Source: Octopus bimaculoides (Eukaryota). Taken from it: a stretch of 64,000 nucleotides of DNA. The stretch is from the NCBI RefSeq assembly GCF_001194135.2, contig NC_068981.1, positions 57,163,072 through 57,227,071 on the forward strand, written 5' to 3'. Both the position numbers and the translations under genes were made by a program. Below, piece by piece: positions 61,291 to 64,000 of this stretch. How positions within the stretch are numbered: position 1 is the first letter of the stretch; every line of letters begins with the position of its first letter. Under the pieces are notes generated by a model. The model was given only the letters and a program-made list of their open reading frames with translations. It ran no database searches and was not told the origin of the DNA.

Positions 61291-61913
61291 ATAATAAAAA
61301 TAATAAATTCAAGAACAAATTAGAAGTTGGGCAATAAGAAAATCATCAAAAGCAAAAGCTAGTAAATTATGTGTGTAAGTGTGTGTGCACGCATGCGCAT
61401 GCATACACACACATACACAGTAATGATATATGTGGTAAGGGGAGAGTGTAATAAAACACTTGCAGCAATATATGATATTCCAAGTAAATAAGAAGAAATA
61501 ATAAACTTCAACCTTATAATGAACAACAAAATAATGTGAGAAAGCTCGTCCACTGGGAGCTTTTGTGGAACTTTTGAAATACAATGAAATTCTAGTGGGA
61601 ACATCAGCTACAGAGGAAAAAGAAATGTTTTAAAGGTAGGCGTAATCTTTGAGATTCTCATATCTAATCAGATAAAAGTAAGAATTTCAACCATGAGACT
61701 TAGTAGTCAATACAGAAGTAATAAATATTACTGCTTGAAATCTGTTTTGCAATGTAAAAACTTTGAATTATACCAGTGCTATCAGGAACCAATAGAGGCC
61801 AAAATTATTTCAGTAAAGATACAAAAGTATAATTAAAAAAAAAAAACAATGCACTTTGTCTGGAATTCCAAATATACAAAATTTATATATATATATAAAA
61901 CGTAAGCATAGAA

Positions 61914-62340
61914 GTGGCTGTGTGGTAAATAGCTTGCTTCCAGTGGAAGCCAAAAACAAGGGAAAGAAAAAGCAAGGTGTCTATCCTGGTGGTCGGATGC
62001 CTATCCTTCAGGAAAGCAATTACAAATTGCATCTGTAATGAGCAATGCTTTAATCGATCATTGTAAATATAATCAAATTTTTATTGTATATTTAAAATTG
62101 TAAATATTTAATCGATACAGCTACTTCACCCCTTTTATGTTTGTCTGTCCTTGTTCGTCCCCTCTTTGTAATGGCCTTTATGGCAAATATTTATGAAATA
62201 AAGTAGCTTGCTTAGGAACCACATGGTTCTGGGCTCAGTCCCACTGCGTGGCACGTTGGGCAAGTATCTTCTACTATAGCCTCGGGCTGACCAAAGCCTT
62301 GTGAGTGGATTTGGTAGACGGAAACTGAAAGAAGCCCGTC
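61914..62340 (+). mobile_element. SINE family A head split by a 264-bp insertion (61940-62203)
   Basis: gtggctgtgtggtaaa-TAGCTTGCTT (61930-61939)...AATAAA g TAGCTTGCTT (62204-62213)-aggaaccacatggttctgggctcagtccc. Confidence 0.95.
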
Positions 62341-62545
62341 ATATGTATGTATNNNNNNNNNNNNNNNNNNNNNNNNNNNNNNNNNNNNNNNNATATATGT
62401 GTGTATATATATGTATATAAATATATATTCATTTATATATGTATATATACATATATGTGTATATATATGTATATAAATATATATTCATATATATGTATGT
62501 AGATATATATATATATGTATATAAATGAATGTATATACATATGTA

Positions 62546-62740
62546 TGTCATCATCGTCGTTTAACGTCTGCTTTCCATGTTAGCATGGGTTGGATGGTTT
62601 GACTGAGGACTGGTGAAACCAGATGGCTACACCAGACTCCAATCTGATTTGGCAGAGTTTCTACAGCTGGATGCCCTTCCTAACACCAACCACTGCAAGA
62701 GTGTAGTGGGTGCTTTTACGTGCCACTGGCACAAAGGCCA
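62546..62740 (-). mobile_element. Family C 3' end with RTE-type tail
   Basis: tcatcatcgtcgtttaacgtctgctttccatgttagcatgggttgg...agtttctacagctggatgcccttcctaac. Confidence 0.85.
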
Positions 62741-63257
62741 CGTTCACTCACTGCATGCAATTAGACTCAGAAAGTTTGTGAGAAGCCCATTGACCCAATT
62801 TGCTGACTTTTCTGATGGCACACAAGTGTCTATGAATGATTGAATGACCAAATCCAAGCTTCTCTGCTAGTTCCTCCACCGTTACAATAGAATTTTGCTC
62901 CACCAGGGTTTGCGGGACATCCTTGTCTTCTAGGCTGTAGTTTCTGGCTTAGAATTTCTGGAACCACCGTTGACACTGGCTTATGCTTATTGTCCAATTC
63001 CCATATACTGCATTAATATTCCTCACACTTTCCATTGCATTTTTGCCTTTATTGAACTCATAAAGCAAAATATACTGAATATGCTCCTTTAACTGCTAAA
63101 ATTGAACTGCATTCTTCAAAACTTGCACTAAGAATAAGTACAAAGTTCAATTACTACCTGCTTTTATAGTAAGTTGATGCATGTAGTTTATCCCATCTAC
63201 CTCCAACTTTTAGTTCATGCAATTGAAAAAAACTACATTATTTATGGGATGACCCAA
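62738..63257 (-). mobile_element. Mariner transposon relic A (5' TIR + HTH region)
   Basis: TA|ttgggtcatcccataaataatgtag TIR; KEHIQYILLYEFNKGKNAMESVRNINAVYG...QCQRWFQKF*ARNYSLEDK...TVEELAEKLGFGHSIIHRHLCAIRKVSKLGQWASHKLSE (WVPHEL-like). Confidence 0.92.
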
Positions 63258-63265
63258 TATATATA

Positions 63266-64000
63266 TCAGGTCGTTAAGAATGAAATGTTTTATTTTTAAC
63301 TGAAAGTTTATTTTACTTTATCTCAACAAAAAGCAATGCAGCTAATCAAATCATGAGCCTAAATTATCAACACAATTTTGTCATTTTATCAGTAGCTTAT
63401 TTATGCTGGCAGCAAAGAATTCTAGAGAGCAAGAGGTGATGAAATCACAAAAGGCTGTTTTTGCATCTTCTTCAGATTTGAAGTTTTTTCCTTGCAAAAA
63501 GTTATCTAATGCCTGAAAAATGTGATAGTCAGTTGGTGCAAGGTCTGGTGAATATGGTGAATGGCAGAGTACTTCCAAGTTCAGTTCCTGCAACTTGAGT
63601 AGTGTTCTTTGTGCAACATGTGGTTGAACATTGTCTTGCAAAAATATTGGCCTGTCTCTATTGACCAATCTTGGTTGTTTAATTGCAAGTTCACTCATCA
63701 TTTCATCCAACTGGTTGATGTATACACCTGCTGTAATTGACATACCAGGTTTTATGAAGCTGTAGTGGATGACACCAGCACTGGACCACCAAACAAACAC
63801 CATTAACTTTTTTTTGGTGAACATTCCTTTTTGGATTGTGTTTTGGCACATTGCCTGTATCCAACCACCATGCAGAACGCTTGCTATTGTTGAAAAGAAC
63901 GCATCTTCCATCACATGTAGCAATACAATGTAAAAATGGTTCACTTTTATGCCATGATAGGAACAAATACCAAGTTTCAAAACGATGTATCATTTCATGC
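63266..64000 (-). mobile_element. Mariner (DD34D) transposon relic B, catalytic domain + 3' TIR, runs off the window
   Basis: FLHCIATCD..., LQDNVQPH...HSPYSPDLAPTDY with 34 residues between D2 and D3; one frameshift; TIR tcaggtcgttaagaatgaaatgtttt resembles Mos1-type TIRs (from memory). Confidence 0.95.

Overview
AT-rich, microsatellite-dense animal genomic DNA with several N-gaps (draft assembly). The repeat families (tRNA-derived SINEs with GTGGCTGTGTGGTAAG and GGCGAGCTGGCAGAA heads, RTE LINEs, TTAA MITEs, mariners) match my recollection of octopod cephalopod (Octopus) genomes; this is an inference. Most of the window is intron-like and transposon-littered: at least 4 SINE families, 5 decayed RTE LINE fragments, 3 Tc1/mariner relics, several MITEs and a 5S rRNA pseudogene. 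No long host ORF exists, and most ORF-track entries are microsatellite or gap artefacts. Short exon-like segments with canonical splice signals occur on + (best supported at 46-60 kb) and, less securely, on - (4-45 kb). I cannot name the host gene(s). Most notable: two paralogous, frame-incompatible neighbouring exons (candidate mutually exclusive pair), a TSD-flanked retro-insertion inside a SINE tRNA head, a ~470-bp palindrome overlapping a candidate exon, a modular SINE with swappable 3' bodies, and a microhomology-templated insertion. Repeat boundaries are approximate (tens of nt) unless a TSD/TIR is quoted.
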